From a virus (lineage: Duplodnaviria; Caudoviricetes), in the IMG/VR virus record IMGVR_UViG_3300017911_000991, positions 1 through 28,904 of that record: DNA of 28,904 nt; one strand, given 5' to 3'. Numbering within the stretch: position 1 is the stretch's first letter; every line of letters starts with the position of its first letter. Positions 15,340-24,952 of the stretch are shown here, in pieces. Position numbers and translations under genes: made by a program. The notes below the pieces were generated by a model that was given only the letters and a program-made list of their open reading frames with translations, did no database searches and was not told where the DNA came from.

Positions 15340-15540
15340 ATGGAACACTTCCACCGACTCCTCGCCTTTCAGGATTACAGAGAGACAGGGAGAGCCAGAG
15401 AGAACCAGCCCGACTCCTACTATGACGCCTTTGCTGAGGCCTATGCTCTGGGAGAACAAAACGCATATAATCGCCCCATCCATTCCGATGGGGACTCGAT
15501 CCAATGCAAGAGAAGCGCCCAAGAGGACGACCGCCGCTAG
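15340..15540 (+). CDS. Hypothetical protein
   Basis: ATG at 15340 after a GGGAGAGAGA leader. Confidence 0.5.
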   Translation: MEHFHRLLAFQDYRETGRARENQPDSYYDAFAEAYALGEQNAYNRPIHSDGDSIQCKRSAQEDDRR

Positions 15541-15920
15541 AGTTCACGGACGAGCAAATCGCCCACATTGAAGGGCTCGCGCCGTTTTTGAATCAAGGAC
15601 AGATTGCGGACAGGTTGGGCGTTTCACAGAACGGCTTTCGGAATGCGATGGAAAGACAACCTCGCATAAAAGAAGCCATAAAAAGAGGCAAGGCCGAGAA
15701 GGTGGCCCGTGTCGCGGAAACGCTGGTGGACAAGGCGTTGGGTGGGAACATCGTTGCGGCGATCTTCTACCTGAAGGCACAGGCAGGCTGGAAGGATGAC
15801 GGCAGCGCCCAGGAAGAGCCACAGCCCCTCACCATTAACCTTGTGCAGCCTGACGGTACGACGCGGGAACTCCAGCCTATCGACGACAAAGCCCGTATCG
15901 TAACCTCTGAAACTGAATGA
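15504..15920 (+). CDS. terS: Terminase small subunit
   Basis: RGRP, HTH (QIADRLGVS), AAIFYLKAQAGW. ATGA-coupled to TerL. Confidence 0.8.
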   Translation: MQEKRPRGRPPLEFTDEQIAHIEGLAPFLNQGQIADRLGVSQNGFRNAMERQPRIKEAIKRGKAEKVARVAETLVDKALGGNIVAAIFYLKAQAGWKDDGSAQEEPQPLTINLVQPDGTTRELQPIDDKARIVTSETE

Positions 15921-17149
15921 CGGACCTTCGGCCTACGGCTCCCCAATGGGACTACATCAACAGCACAGCGCCCTTCCCCGCCTTTGTTGCGGGGTTCGGT
16001 GCTGGCAAGACGGAAGCCAGCGTGCTCCGGTCTATCTTCGGCCTCCTGCGCAACCCTGGGCTTATCCGGGGCTACTACGCTCCCACCTATGACCTCATTC
16101 GGGTTATCGCATGGCCGCGCTTTGAGGCAATCCTATCGAGCCTGAACATTCCCTACCGGCTCCAGAAGACGCCGATAAACTGCCTCACGGTCGAGGGTTA
16201 TGGGCAGGTGTACTTCCGCTCCTTGGAGAACCCCTCCCGCATCATCGGCTACGAACACGCTGACGCTGACATCGACGAGCTGGACACCCTGAAGAGGGAT
16301 GACGCTGCCCACTGCTGGCGGCAGGTACTAGCACGGAACCGGCAGCACAAGACGACGGGGCCCAATACCGTCGGGGTCACCACTACGCCCGAGGGGTTTC
16401 GCTTCGTCTATGAGATGTGGGCCAAGGAACCACGCCCCGGCTATGAGATAGTGCAGGCGCCCACGGAATCGAACCCCTACCTGCCGACGGGGTACGTCCA
16501 GAGCCTACGGGATAGCTACCCTGCGCACCTCCTCGACGCCTACCTACAGGGCCGCTTCGTCAACCTCACCTCGGGCACGGTATACGCCTCCTACGACCGG
16601 GCACGGTGTGGGTCATCGGAGTCCCTCATTAAAGGCGAGCCCCTCCATATCGGCTGTGACTTCAACGTGACCCAGCAGGCGGCGACGGTGTACGTGGTAC
16701 GGGGGGAGACATGGCACGCGGTCGATGAGCTCTCAGGGATGTACGACACCCCCGAGATGATCGAGACCTTCCAGAGTCGGTATCCGGGGAACCCCATCTA
16801 CGTATACCCCGACGCCTCGGGGCGGGCCCGAAAGACGGTCAACGCCTCAATGTCTGACATTGCCCTACTAGAGCAGGCGGGCTTTTACGTCCGGGTGAAC
16901 AAGCGCAACCCTGCGGTGCGGGATCGGGTAATGGCCATGAATGCGGCGCTAGACAATGGGACGGTGCGTGTCAACGCGACACGGTGCCCCACGGTAGCGG
17001 CCTGCCTAGAACAGCAGACCTATAAGAACGGGGAGCCAGACAAGACCTCGGGAAACGACCACCAGAACGACGCCACCACGTACCCAATCGCGTACGCTAT
17101 GCCTGTAGTCAAGCCCGTGGCTAACGTCGCCTTCTCTTTTGCTTTATGA
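15917..17149 (+). CDS. terL: Terminase large subunit
   Basis: Walker A AGFGAGKT, Walker B DIDE, TTTPEG, GCDFN and DHQNDA nuclease motifs. Confidence 0.95.
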   Translation: MTDLRPTAPQWDYINSTAPFPAFVAGFGAGKTEASVLRSIFGLLRNPGLIRGYYAPTYDLIRVIAWPRFEAILSSLNIPYRLQKTPINCLTVEGYGQVYFRSLENPSRIIGYEHADADIDELDTLKRDDAAHCWRQVLARNRQHKTTGPNTVGVTTTPEGFRFVYEMWAKEPRPGYEIVQAPTESNPYLPTGYVQSLRDSYPAHLLDAYLQGRFVNLTSGTVYASYDRARCGSSESLIKGEPLHIGCDFNVTQQAATVYVVRGETWHAVDELSGMYDTPEMIETFQSRYPGNPIYVYPDASGRARKTVNASMSDIALLEQAGFYVRVNKRNPAVRDRVMAMNAALDNGTVRVNATRCPTVAACLEQQTYKNGEPDKTSGNDHQNDATTYPIAYAMPVVKPVANVAFSFAL

Positions 17150-17181
17150 TATAGCGCAACGGAATAAGCGAGGGCCGGTCA

Positions 17182-18594
17182 ATGCCTGTAGATACAAAGC
17201 ACCCCGAATGGGAAATGCACTACCCCATGTGGCAAAAGACCCGCGATGCTGTCCGTGGGTCCATCTACGTCAAAGAGAAGCGCCACGAATACCTGCCCGT
17301 ACCTGACGCCGAGTCAAATGACGATACGGTGGGCAGTCAGACCCTACGCTATCGCCAGTATCTTAAGCGGGCCCTGTACACCAACTTTACGGGGCGCACC
17401 AAGTCCGCGCTCGTAGGCGCAGCCTTCCGCAAGAACCCCATCTATGAGCTGCCTAAGGGCCTTGAGTATCTGGAGGAAGACGCCACGGGAGACGGCCTAG
17501 GGCTAGTCCAGATGGCGAAAGACGAGCTGTCCAACCTCCTAGAGACGGGCCGCGCTGTCCTTTTGGTGGACTACCCCCAGACAGAGGAGGGGCTGACCGC
17601 TGAGGAAGTGGCCCGACTAGACCTGCGCGCCTCGATCATCCCTTACACGGCAGAGCAGTGCTGTAACTGGAAGACCGATAACGTCCGGGGCCGTAAGCTC
17701 CTAACCCTTTGCGTCCTATCGGAAAGCTACCTAGAGGGTGATGACGAGTTCGGACACGAGCAGAAGACCCAGTATCGGGTGCTGCGTCTACGGGAAGACG
17801 GGTACAGCCAGCAGCTTTATCGTGACGACGAGCCCTACACGGACGAGTTTTATCCGAAGAAGGCTGATGGCTCGGTGTGGGACTTCATCCCCTTAATGTT
17901 CGTGGGGTCGAAGAACAACGATTCGACCGTGGATGATGCGCCCCTATCGGATATTGCGGACGTAAATATTGCCCACTATCGAAACTCCGCAGACTACGAG
18001 GAATCCTGCTTCATTACGGGGCAGCCTACCTTGTTCATTACGCATAACCTTTCCCCGGAGCAGTGGTACGACTACAACCCTGACGGCATCAAGCTCGGCT
18101 CTCGTACCGGCCACGTTCTAGGGGATACGGGATCAGCTACCCTCCTCCAGCCTAACCCTAACAGCCTCGTTATGGAGGCCATGAAGGCGAAAGAGGGGGC
18201 GATGGTGGCTATCGGGGCCCGGATTATCACTGACAGGGGTAACAACGAGACGGCAGAAGGCGCTCGTATCCGCTTTGCATCGGAAAACTCGGTACTAGGC
18301 GATATTGTCCAGAACCTATCTATGGCGATTCAGCAGTGCCTAGATTGGTGCGGGGAGTTCATGGGTACAGCGGAAGATGCGCGCTTCGATATTAACCGTG
18401 AGTTCTACGATAAGACCGTTGACCCTCAACTGGTGATGTCCATGGTGACCCTCATGGATCGTCAAGTAATCTCTGATCGAGACATCTTCGAGCGCCTCAA
18501 GGCTGGCGGAATCATTGATGCTGACCGCACCCTAGAGGATGTACGGGAAGAGCTTGGGGATTTACCTCCCTTGGAGGCTCCTAATGCCGCCTAA
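17182..18594 (+). CDS. Portal protein (DUF4055-like)
   Basis: 470 aa after TerL. YLKRALYTNFT and NIAHYRNSADYEE motifs. Confidence 0.9.
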   Translation: MPVDTKHPEWEMHYPMWQKTRDAVRGSIYVKEKRHEYLPVPDAESNDDTVGSQTLRYRQYLKRALYTNFTGRTKSALVGAAFRKNPIYELPKGLEYLEEDATGDGLGLVQMAKDELSNLLETGRAVLLVDYPQTEEGLTAEEVARLDLRASIIPYTAEQCCNWKTDNVRGRKLLTLCVLSESYLEGDDEFGHEQKTQYRVLRLREDGYSQQLYRDDEPYTDEFYPKKADGSVWDFIPLMFVGSKNNDSTVDDAPLSDIADVNIAHYRNSADYEESCFITGQPTLFITHNLSPEQWYDYNPDGIKLGSRTGHVLGDTGSATLLQPNPNSLVMEAMKAKEGAMVAIGARIITDRGNNETAEGARIRFASENSVLGDIVQNLSMAIQQCLDWCGEFMGTAEDARFDINREFYDKTVDPQLVMSMVTLMDRQVISDRDIFERLKAGGIIDADRTLEDVREELGDLPPLEAPNAA

Positions 18595-18778
18595 ATCAAC
18601 TAAGAAGAAGTCTACGGTCAACGCTGCGGGTAACTACACCAAGCCCGCAATGAGAAAGCGCCTCTTTGAGAAGATCAAGGCAGGCGGGAAGGGTGGCAAG
18701 CCTGGGCAATGGTCTGCCCGTAAGGCTCAGATGCTCGCTAGGGAGTACAAGGCCAAAGGTGGAGGCTACAAGTCATGA
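18584..18778 (+). CDS. Small basic protein resembling the DUF5872 N-terminal half
   Basis: GGAGG RBS. YTKP...GGKPGQWSARKAQMLAREYKAKGGGY. Confidence 0.7.
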   Translation: MPPKSTKKKSTVNAAGNYTKPAMRKRLFEKIKAGGKGGKPGQWSARKAQMLAREYKAKGGGYKS

Positions 18779-19002
18779 AGAAGCCCCAGAAGAGTCTTAA
18801 GAAGTGGACCAAGCAGGAATGGGACTACACCGGCAAGCCCGGAAAGTCCCGTTATCTGCCTAAAGCTGCCCGTGAATCCCTGACCCCTGCTCAGAAGGCC
18901 GCAGGAAGCAAGAAAAAGAATCAAGCATCTAAGAAGGGAAAGCAGTTCGCGTCGTATACTAAGGCTGAGCGCGCCGCGGTTCGGAGGGCTCGCCGTGGCT
19001 AA
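18775..19002 (+). CDS. Small basic protein resembling the DUF5872 C-terminal half
   Basis: QKSLKKWTKQEW...RYLPKAA...KKGKQF. Confidence 0.7.
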   Translation: MKKPQKSLKKWTKQEWDYTGKPGKSRYLPKAARESLTPAQKAAGSKKKNQASKKGKQFASYTKAERAAVRRARRG

Positions 19003-19276
19003 AGATCCCCGGATAAAGAGGCTTGGCGTTGCGGGATACAATAAACCGAAACGGACCCCCAACCACCCCACCAAGAGCCATGTCGTTCTTGCTAAAGAAG
19101 GCGATGAGATCAAGACGATTCGCTTCGGACAGCAAGGCGTCAAGGGAAGCCCGGCAAAGAAAGGCGAGTCGGATGCGGCAAAAGCTAGACGCGCTTCGTG
19201 GAAAGCTAGGCACGCCAAGAACATCGCCAAGGGAAAGATGAGCGCTGCTTGGTGGGCTAATAAGGTAAAATGGTAG
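18995..19276 (+). CDS. Small basic phage protein
   Basis: GTG start with GGAGG RBS. IRFGQQG...RRASWKARH...SAAWWANKVKW. Confidence 0.7.
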   Translation: MAKDPRIKRLGVAGYNKPKRTPNHPTKSHVVLAKEGDEIKTIRFGQQGVKGSPAKKGESDAAKARRASWKARHAKNIAKGKMSAAWWANKVKW

Positions 19277-19293
19277 GCAGATCAAGGACTTAG

Positions 19294-20331
19294 ATGAGCA
19301 CTAACGATGTCATCTATGACGCCCTGACGCGCCATCAGGTCTTCCTTCAGCGTTACGCCAAGGGGAGGGAGCGGGAAGCGTCCCTCTTTGTCCGGAACGT
19401 ACTTGAAAGCTCCATAAGGTTATTAGATTTAGACCTAACGGATATTCCCATCTCCTCCATGGATCGCCTGACCCAAGACCTCATGGATGTAGGGGTTAGC
19501 CGGTACGGGGACTATAGCGAGTCCTTCATTGAGGAAATGACGGAGTTTGTCGAGTACGAGGTGGACTTTAACTATCGCCTCTTGCGGGACAACGTAACCG
19601 CGAACATCAGGCGCCCTACTACGGCTCAGGCGGTAGGAACAACGCTTACCAAGATCATGCAACTAGAGCCTCGCAAGGGTTACACCATCCGAGACTCGCT
19701 TAGAACGTTTGGTTATAGAAAGAGCTATCAGATAGCACAAATAGTTAGGGACGGGTATTTGTTCGGGGATAACACCGATCAGGTCACCCAAAGGATCATG
19801 GACCTAACTGGAACGCAGCAGCGTCAAGCGTCCACCCTAGCCAGAACCATCACCAACCATGTCGCGATTAGCGCCAGGAACATGGTGATAAGGGAAAACG
19901 GTGGCGTAATCCAGGGCTACAAGTGGATTTCAGTACTTGATAGCCATACAAGCGTCATCTGTGCATCTCTCGACGGAACGATCTACGAAGACAACGATAA
20001 CAACCCGAAACCACCGGCTCACTTCAACTGCCGTTCAACTATCGCGTTTATCGTTGACGGGCAATACGACCTAGGGCCCGATAAGACCTCCAGACGGCCC
20101 GCTGACGGCCCGCGAGGGGGTAAGACGGTCAGAGATACTACTAACTACGAGAAATGGCTTAGACGGCAACCTGTGGCGTTTCAGGAGGAGGTACTAGGAA
20201 AGGCCAAGGCAAGGCTGTTTAGGCGAGGGAATCTCTCAATTGGTCGCTTCGTTGATGATAGCGGCAAAGTGTTATCATTAGAGGCCTTGCGAGAGCTAGA
20301 ACCGCTTGCATTTGAGCAGGCGGGTTTATAA
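19294..20331 (+). CDS. Minor head / head morphogenesis protein (SPP1 gp7 / Mu gpF-like)
   Basis: WISVLDSHTSVICASLDG...PPAHFNCRS. Confidence 0.9.
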   Translation: MSTNDVIYDALTRHQVFLQRYAKGREREASLFVRNVLESSIRLLDLDLTDIPISSMDRLTQDLMDVGVSRYGDYSESFIEEMTEFVEYEVDFNYRLLRDNVTANIRRPTTAQAVGTTLTKIMQLEPRKGYTIRDSLRTFGYRKSYQIAQIVRDGYLFGDNTDQVTQRIMDLTGTQQRQASTLARTITNHVAISARNMVIRENGGVIQGYKWISVLDSHTSVICASLDGTIYEDNDNNPKPPAHFNCRSTIAFIVDGQYDLGPDKTSRRPADGPRGGKTVRDTTNYEKWLRRQPVAFQEEVLGKAKARLFRRGNLSIGRFVDDSGKVLSLEALRELEPLAFEQAGL

Positions 20332-20368
20332 CGCGGCAGAGCCGCAACATGCCAACCAGAGGTGACGC

Positions 20369-21031
20369 ATGAGCGATTTATTGCAAGACATTGAGCTTGA
20401 TGAATCTGTAAAGAATCAAATCACGGAACGTTTAAACCAAACCGTACAAGAGCGGATTGAAAGCGAGACCAAAGGTCTTAAGTCTAAGGTAGACGAGCTG
20501 CTATCCGAGAAGAAGAAGGTACAGCAGGAGCGGGAAGAAGCCCGCACTCAAGCTCGCTTAGAGGCCGAAGAGAAGGCCCAGAAGGAAAATGACTATAAGC
20601 AATTGTTTGAGGCGCAGAAGGAAGAATCAAATACCCTCCGCCAAACGATTGATAAAATGAACGCAGATATTAAGCAGCAGAAGGTATCTACGGAGGCTGC
20701 TAAACTAGCGTCACAGTTGACAAAAGATACGGGGCGCGCACAATTACTTCAGAAAGAGATTAGCCAAAGGCTGACTCTTGTTGATAACGAATTAAGGGTG
20801 ACGGATGAGTCAGGACAACTGACTGTCTCGTCCCTTGATGATTTGACCAACGCTATCAAGACGTCTTATCCGTTCTTGGTAGACGGAAGTCAAGCTAGTG
20901 GCGGCGGGGCCGTCAAAGCGCAAGGTGGAGCCGAAGCGCGGAAGGAAGTGAGCAGGGCCGCATTTGACCAGATGGACCAGCGCCAACGGCACGAGTTCTT
21001 CAAGTCAGGCGGTAAAATCTTTGATGAATAA
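20369..21031 (+). CDS. Capsid scaffolding protein
   Basis: Coiled coil with a Gly-rich linker, directly upstream of the capsid gene. Confidence 0.8.
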   Translation: MSDLLQDIELDESVKNQITERLNQTVQERIESETKGLKSKVDELLSEKKKVQQEREEARTQARLEAEEKAQKENDYKQLFEAQKEESNTLRQTIDKMNADIKQQKVSTEAAKLASQLTKDTGRAQLLQKEISQRLTLVDNELRVTDESGQLTVSSLDDLTNAIKTSYPFLVDGSQASGGGAVKAQGGAEARKEVSRAAFDQMDQRQRHEFFKSGGKIFDE

Positions 21032-21045
21032 CGTGGAGGCCGACC

Positions 21046-22191
21046 ATGGCTAACGTTTTGACGAACCTCGCAGCCGACATCTACGTCGCTGCTGATGTGG
21101 TTGGGCGGGAGCTAACCGGCTTCATCCCTGCTGCTACCATTAACGCAAACGGCTCCGAGCGTGTTGCAAAGGGCGATACCGTCCGTGCTGCGTTCACCCG
21201 TGCTGCAAGCGTGGTTGATGTGTCCGAAGCCATGACGATCCCCGAGGGGACCGATCAGACCGTGGACAACAAGACCCTCTCCATCTCCAACAGCCGTGCT
21301 GTCCAAATCCCCTACACGGGTGAGGACATTCGTCACCTGAACAACGGTGTCGGCTTTGAGACCGTGTACGGCGATCAAATCGCCCAAGCAATGCGCGCTC
21401 TCGTGAACGAGATGGAAGCTGATCTGGCAGAGGAAGCGTACAAGAACGCATCCCGCGCCTTCGGCACCGCTGGCACGACCCCGTTCGCAAGCAACTTCTC
21501 TGAAGTGGCCGAGCTTCGCCAAATTCTGGTGGACAACGGTATGCCTGCTAACGATGGGCAATGCTCGCTCGTTCTGAGCACCACTGCTGGCACCAACCTG
21601 CGCCAACTGGCTCAGCTTCAGAAGGCTAACGAAGCTGGTGGCACTGACCTGCTCCGCCAAGGCATCCTCCTTGAGCTTCAAGGCATGGCCCTGCGTGAGT
21701 CTGCACAGGTGCAAAGCCACACCAAGGGCACCGGTACTTCCTACCTCCTCAACGATGCATCGTCCGCCGTAGGCGACACGACCATCGCTGCTGACGGTGG
21801 TTCCGGTACCATCCTCGCTGGTGACATCGTTACCTTCGCAGGCACGACCGACAAGTACGTTGTGAACACCGCCCTCTCCGGTGGTTCCTTCGTGATTGGT
21901 GCTCCCGGTCTCCGCGCTGCTGAGAGCGATAACGACGCCATCACCGTGGGTAACAACTACACCGCTAACGTGGCCTTCCACCGCCGGGCTCTGGAGATCG
22001 CAATGCGCGCTCCTGCTGTCCCCGAAGGTGGCGATGCTGCCGATGACGCAATGACCGTCCAAGACCCCGTTTCCGGGCTTGTCTTTGAGGTCCGCGTGTA
22101 TCGTGGCTATCGTAAGACCATGATTGAGGTGGCCGCTGCTTGGGGTGTGAAGGCGTGGAAGTCTGACTTCATCGCTACCCTGCTTGGCTAA
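21046..22191 (+). CDS. Major capsid protein (P22 coat-like, with insertion domain)
   Basis: 381 aa, strong codon bias, follows the scaffold gene and precedes a terminator. Confidence 0.9.
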   Translation: MANVLTNLAADIYVAADVVGRELTGFIPAATINANGSERVAKGDTVRAAFTRAASVVDVSEAMTIPEGTDQTVDNKTLSISNSRAVQIPYTGEDIRHLNNGVGFETVYGDQIAQAMRALVNEMEADLAEEAYKNASRAFGTAGTTPFASNFSEVAELRQILVDNGMPANDGQCSLVLSTTAGTNLRQLAQLQKANEAGGTDLLRQGILLELQGMALRESAQVQSHTKGTGTSYLLNDASSAVGDTTIAADGGSGTILAGDIVTFAGTTDKYVVNTALSGGSFVIGAPGLRAAESDNDAITVGNNYTANVAFHRRALEIAMRAPAVPEGGDAADDAMTVQDPVSGLVFEVRVYRGYRKTMIEVAAAWGVKAWKSDFIATLLG

Positions 22192-22200
22192 GAGGTATCA

Positions 22201-22226
22201 GGGGGCCTTCGGGCCCCCTTTCTCTT
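22201..22226 (+). terminator. Intrinsic terminator after the capsid gene
   Basis: GGGGGCC-TTCG-GGCCCCC-TTTCTCTT. Confidence 0.85.
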
Positions 22227-22235
22227 GGAGTTATC

Positions 22236-22376
22236 ATGGAAGAGAAGAAGAAGCCCGGACGCAAGCCTAAGTTGGTTAAGATGTACCGGGAGAGCGATGG
22301 TAAGACCGCAGACGTTCATCCCTCTGAGGTCGAGAACTACAAGCTGGGCGATTACAAGGTTCTGGAGACGCGCTAA
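22236..22376 (+). CDS. 46-aa hypothetical head-region protein (MEEKKKPGRKPKLVKM...ADVHPSEVENYK...)
   Basis: GGAG RBS, TAATG coupling to the next gene. Not in the ORF track. Confidence 0.65.
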   Translation: MEEKKKPGRKPKLVKMYRESDGKTADVHPSEVENYKLGDYKVLETR

Positions 22377-22849
22377 TGGCTATCGTGGTCGAAGATGGGA
22401 CCGTAGTTGCTGCGGCAAACTCCTACATTACGATTGATGAGTTCCAAGCATGGGCAGATGCCCGTGGGATCGCCTACGGGACGGATTTCACCATCTCCCA
22501 GCAGATATTCCGCGCCACAGACTATTTTGAATCGCTATCCTTTAAAGGCGTAAAGCACACTGAAGACCAGCCTCTACAGTTCCCCCGTGATGATCTCTAC
22601 ATAGATGGTTATTCAATAGAGTCGGATGAGATTCCAAAAGAGGTAAAAATCGCAATCTATGAGCTGGTGAAGATTGAGATTGACGGTGACTCTAAGCTAG
22701 CCCCGTCAGAGCGTGAGGTAACGTCCGAGCAGATTGACTCGATCAAGATTACCTACAAAGACAGCGCAGGCATGAAGCGGATGACGCCAGCCTTGACGCA
22801 GGCTCTCCGCAAGCTGATCCAGCCGACTACGATGGTATCCCGGGCGTGA
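22376..22849 (+). CDS. Head-tail adaptor (DnaT-like phage family)
   Basis: IVVEDGT...ANSY, QPLQFPR and IPKEVK motifs, plus position. Confidence 0.8.
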   Translation: MAIVVEDGTVVAAANSYITIDEFQAWADARGIAYGTDFTISQQIFRATDYFESLSFKGVKHTEDQPLQFPRDDLYIDGYSIESDEIPKEVKIAIYELVKIEIDGDSKLAPSEREVTSEQIDSIKITYKDSAGMKRMTPALTQALRKLIQPTTMVSRA

Positions 22850-23196
22850 GCTACAACTACACGCCCCTGACGGAATCTGCTGCCCGAATTATCACGAAGT
22901 TCGGGAAGGAGTACACGTTCACGCGGACAACGAAGGGTGCTTATGACCCTGCTACCGGAACAACGTCAGACACGACTTCTACGTTTACGGGATACGCTTG
23001 CCTTTTCAATTATTCTGATTCTGACCTTTCTGATAATACTATCCTTCAGGGTGACCGGAGGATGCTTGCAGAGTCTAAAACGTTTGAGGTTGGGGATACG
23101 GTCGCTGTGGGTTCAGACACGTTCCGTATTATATCAATTAGCGATGTCGGGCCCGGTGGGTCCGTGGTCGCATCGAACCTACAGATTCGGAAATGA
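22846..23196 (+). CDS. Head closure / head-tail joining protein
   Basis: YDPATG and ILQGD motifs, plus position. Confidence 0.7.
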   Translation: MSYNYTPLTESAARIITKFGKEYTFTRTTKGAYDPATGTTSDTTSTFTGYACLFNYSDSDLSDNTILQGDRRMLAESKTFEVGDTVAVGSDTFRIISISDVGPGGSVVASNLQIRK

Positions 23197-23603
23197 AGAC
23201 GCTGACGGCGGCAATACAGGATTTCACAAAGCTGCCGATGGAGACAGCAAGAGAAATCATAAAGCAAGCATCTTATAAAGTTATTGATAGGACGCCTGTT
23301 GATACCGGACTGCTGGCGAATAGCTGGGTACCAACCAAAAATCGCCCATCAACCCGAAGAGTGAAAACGGTAGACAAGCAGAAGCGGAAAGCTAAAAACA
23401 GGGTTCGTAAGGTGGCTGCTAACCTGAAGGCGGGCCAAACATTCTACTTAACTAACAATCAGCCGTATTCGCTAATTATAGAAATGGGCAGACGGGAAGG
23501 TCCGCCAGCGCAGGGGTCGCATTTTGCCCCTAGGGGTATGCTTAGAATTACAGTTGCAGAATTTCAAAGCATCGTTAATCAAGTAGTAAGCCGACTCAGG
23601 TAA
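23193..23603 (+). CDS. Neck protein (HK97 gp10-like)
   Basis: TPVDTGLLANSW, NNQPY...IEMG and APRGM motifs. Confidence 0.8.
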   Translation: MKTLTAAIQDFTKLPMETAREIIKQASYKVIDRTPVDTGLLANSWVPTKNRPSTRRVKTVDKQKRKAKNRVRKVAANLKAGQTFYLTNNQPYSLIIEMGRREGPPAQGSHFAPRGMLRITVAEFQSIVNQVVSRLR

Positions 23604-23610
23604 GCAAGCG

Positions 23611-24018
23611 ATGAGTACATTCTTCAACGATATGCAGGCTGCGCTTGATGCTCGTTTAGATGGTATGGATTCCACGCCCGTCGCGTTCCCAAATATTCCC
23701 TACGAGCCATCAGCTAGCACAACCTACTTAAGGCCCAGCTTTCTCCCAGGAGATACGTTGCAGGTCTCTATGGGCGACGCTGGGAAGGATGAAACTAACG
23801 CAATCTATCAGATTGATGTAGTTGTTCCACGTGGAACAGGCCGCCCTACGCTAATGGATACGGTAGCGGATCATTTTAAGAGAGGCACTGTTCTGACCTA
23901 TAATGGAACGACTTTGCGGGTTCGCTCAGTTAGCATCGGTCCTGCAATATTAGAAGGCGCGTGGTATTTCGTGCCTGTTTCTATCAACGTGCAGACATAC
24001 ACAGGGGCACGATCATGA
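23611..24018 (+). CDS. Tail terminator / completion protein
   Basis: Position before the tail tube gene. YQIDV...G.G and ADHFKRG motifs. Confidence 0.75.
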   Translation: MSTFFNDMQAALDARLDGMDSTPVAFPNIPYEPSASTTYLRPSFLPGDTLQVSMGDAGKDETNAIYQIDVVVPRGTGRPTLMDTVADHFKRGTVLTYNGTTLRVRSVSIGPAILEGAWYFVPVSINVQTYTGARS

Positions 24019-24932
24019 CTATTGCAAACGGCGCACAACATAGTCTGCATTTCGTTGCAGAAACCACCTACGGGACCACGCCCAGCACTCCTACTTGGAC
24101 TCCCGTTCCTCATACGGGCACGACGCTCGCCATGACCAAAGATGGCATTGAGTCCGAGAAGCTCCGTGGTGATCGGCAGGTTGAGGACTTTCGCCACGGT
24201 AACAAGAGCGTTTCTGGAGACATCGCTTGCGAGCTTGAGTACGAAGCATTTGATGATCTACTGGAAGCAGCTTTCTGCGGCACTTGGACCACTAATGTCC
24301 TTAAGACTGGAACAACCCGCCGTTCCTTTACGATGGAGCGCAAGTTCGCAGACCTTGCTACGCCAGAGTATCACCGCCATACCGGCTGTGAGATCAACTC
24401 GATGGCTCTCAGCGTATCGCCAAACTCCATGGTCACTTGCACCTTCGGGGTTATCGGTAAGGATCTGACGGCTAACACTAGCCAAGTGGCTTCCAGCACC
24501 TACAGCGCTGATGTCGGCAAGACGCCCTTTGACTCCTTTACCGGGTCAATCAATGAAGGCGGGTCCGCGATCGCTACGGTTACGGCGCTTGAGCTTTCCC
24601 TTGAGAATGGTATCGAGCCTTTATTCGCTATCGGGTCTGCTACCACTCAGCGCCCTGCTATTGGTAAGAGCCGACTTACTGGCACCCTTACCACGTACTT
24701 TGAGAGCAAGACGCTCTACGAGAAGTTCCTGAACGAGACCAGCAGCAGCATTGCGCTGACCCTTACTGACGTTGACGGTAACGATTATCTGATCGAGATT
24801 GGAAGCGTGAAGTACAATAGCGGCCAGCCTGATGTCTCTGGCGAGGGTGCGATCACCATTGCTATGGACTTCGTTGGTCTATACGACACCTCTGACGCGT
24901 CGAACATCGTGATTACTCGTACTGACGCATAA
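24015..24932 (+). CDS. Major tail tube protein
   Basis: ATG at 24015 (ATGA overlap). ETTYGTTP and SEKLRGDRQ motifs, 305 aa. Confidence 0.88.
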   Translation: MTIANGAQHSLHFVAETTYGTTPSTPTWTPVPHTGTTLAMTKDGIESEKLRGDRQVEDFRHGNKSVSGDIACELEYEAFDDLLEAAFCGTWTTNVLKTGTTRRSFTMERKFADLATPEYHRHTGCEINSMALSVSPNSMVTCTFGVIGKDLTANTSQVASSTYSADVGKTPFDSFTGSINEGGSAIATVTALELSLENGIEPLFAIGSATTQRPAIGKSRLTGTLTTYFESKTLYEKFLNETSSSIALTLTDVDGNDYLIEIGSVKYNSGQPDVSGEGAITIAMDFVGLYDTSDASNIVITRTDA

Positions 24933-24952
24933 ACCATAAAAGGGCGGATTTT

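Noticed and set aside
21112-22062. 316-aa minus-strand ORF
   Set aside because: Antisense shadow of the codon-biased capsid gene, with no recognisable motif.
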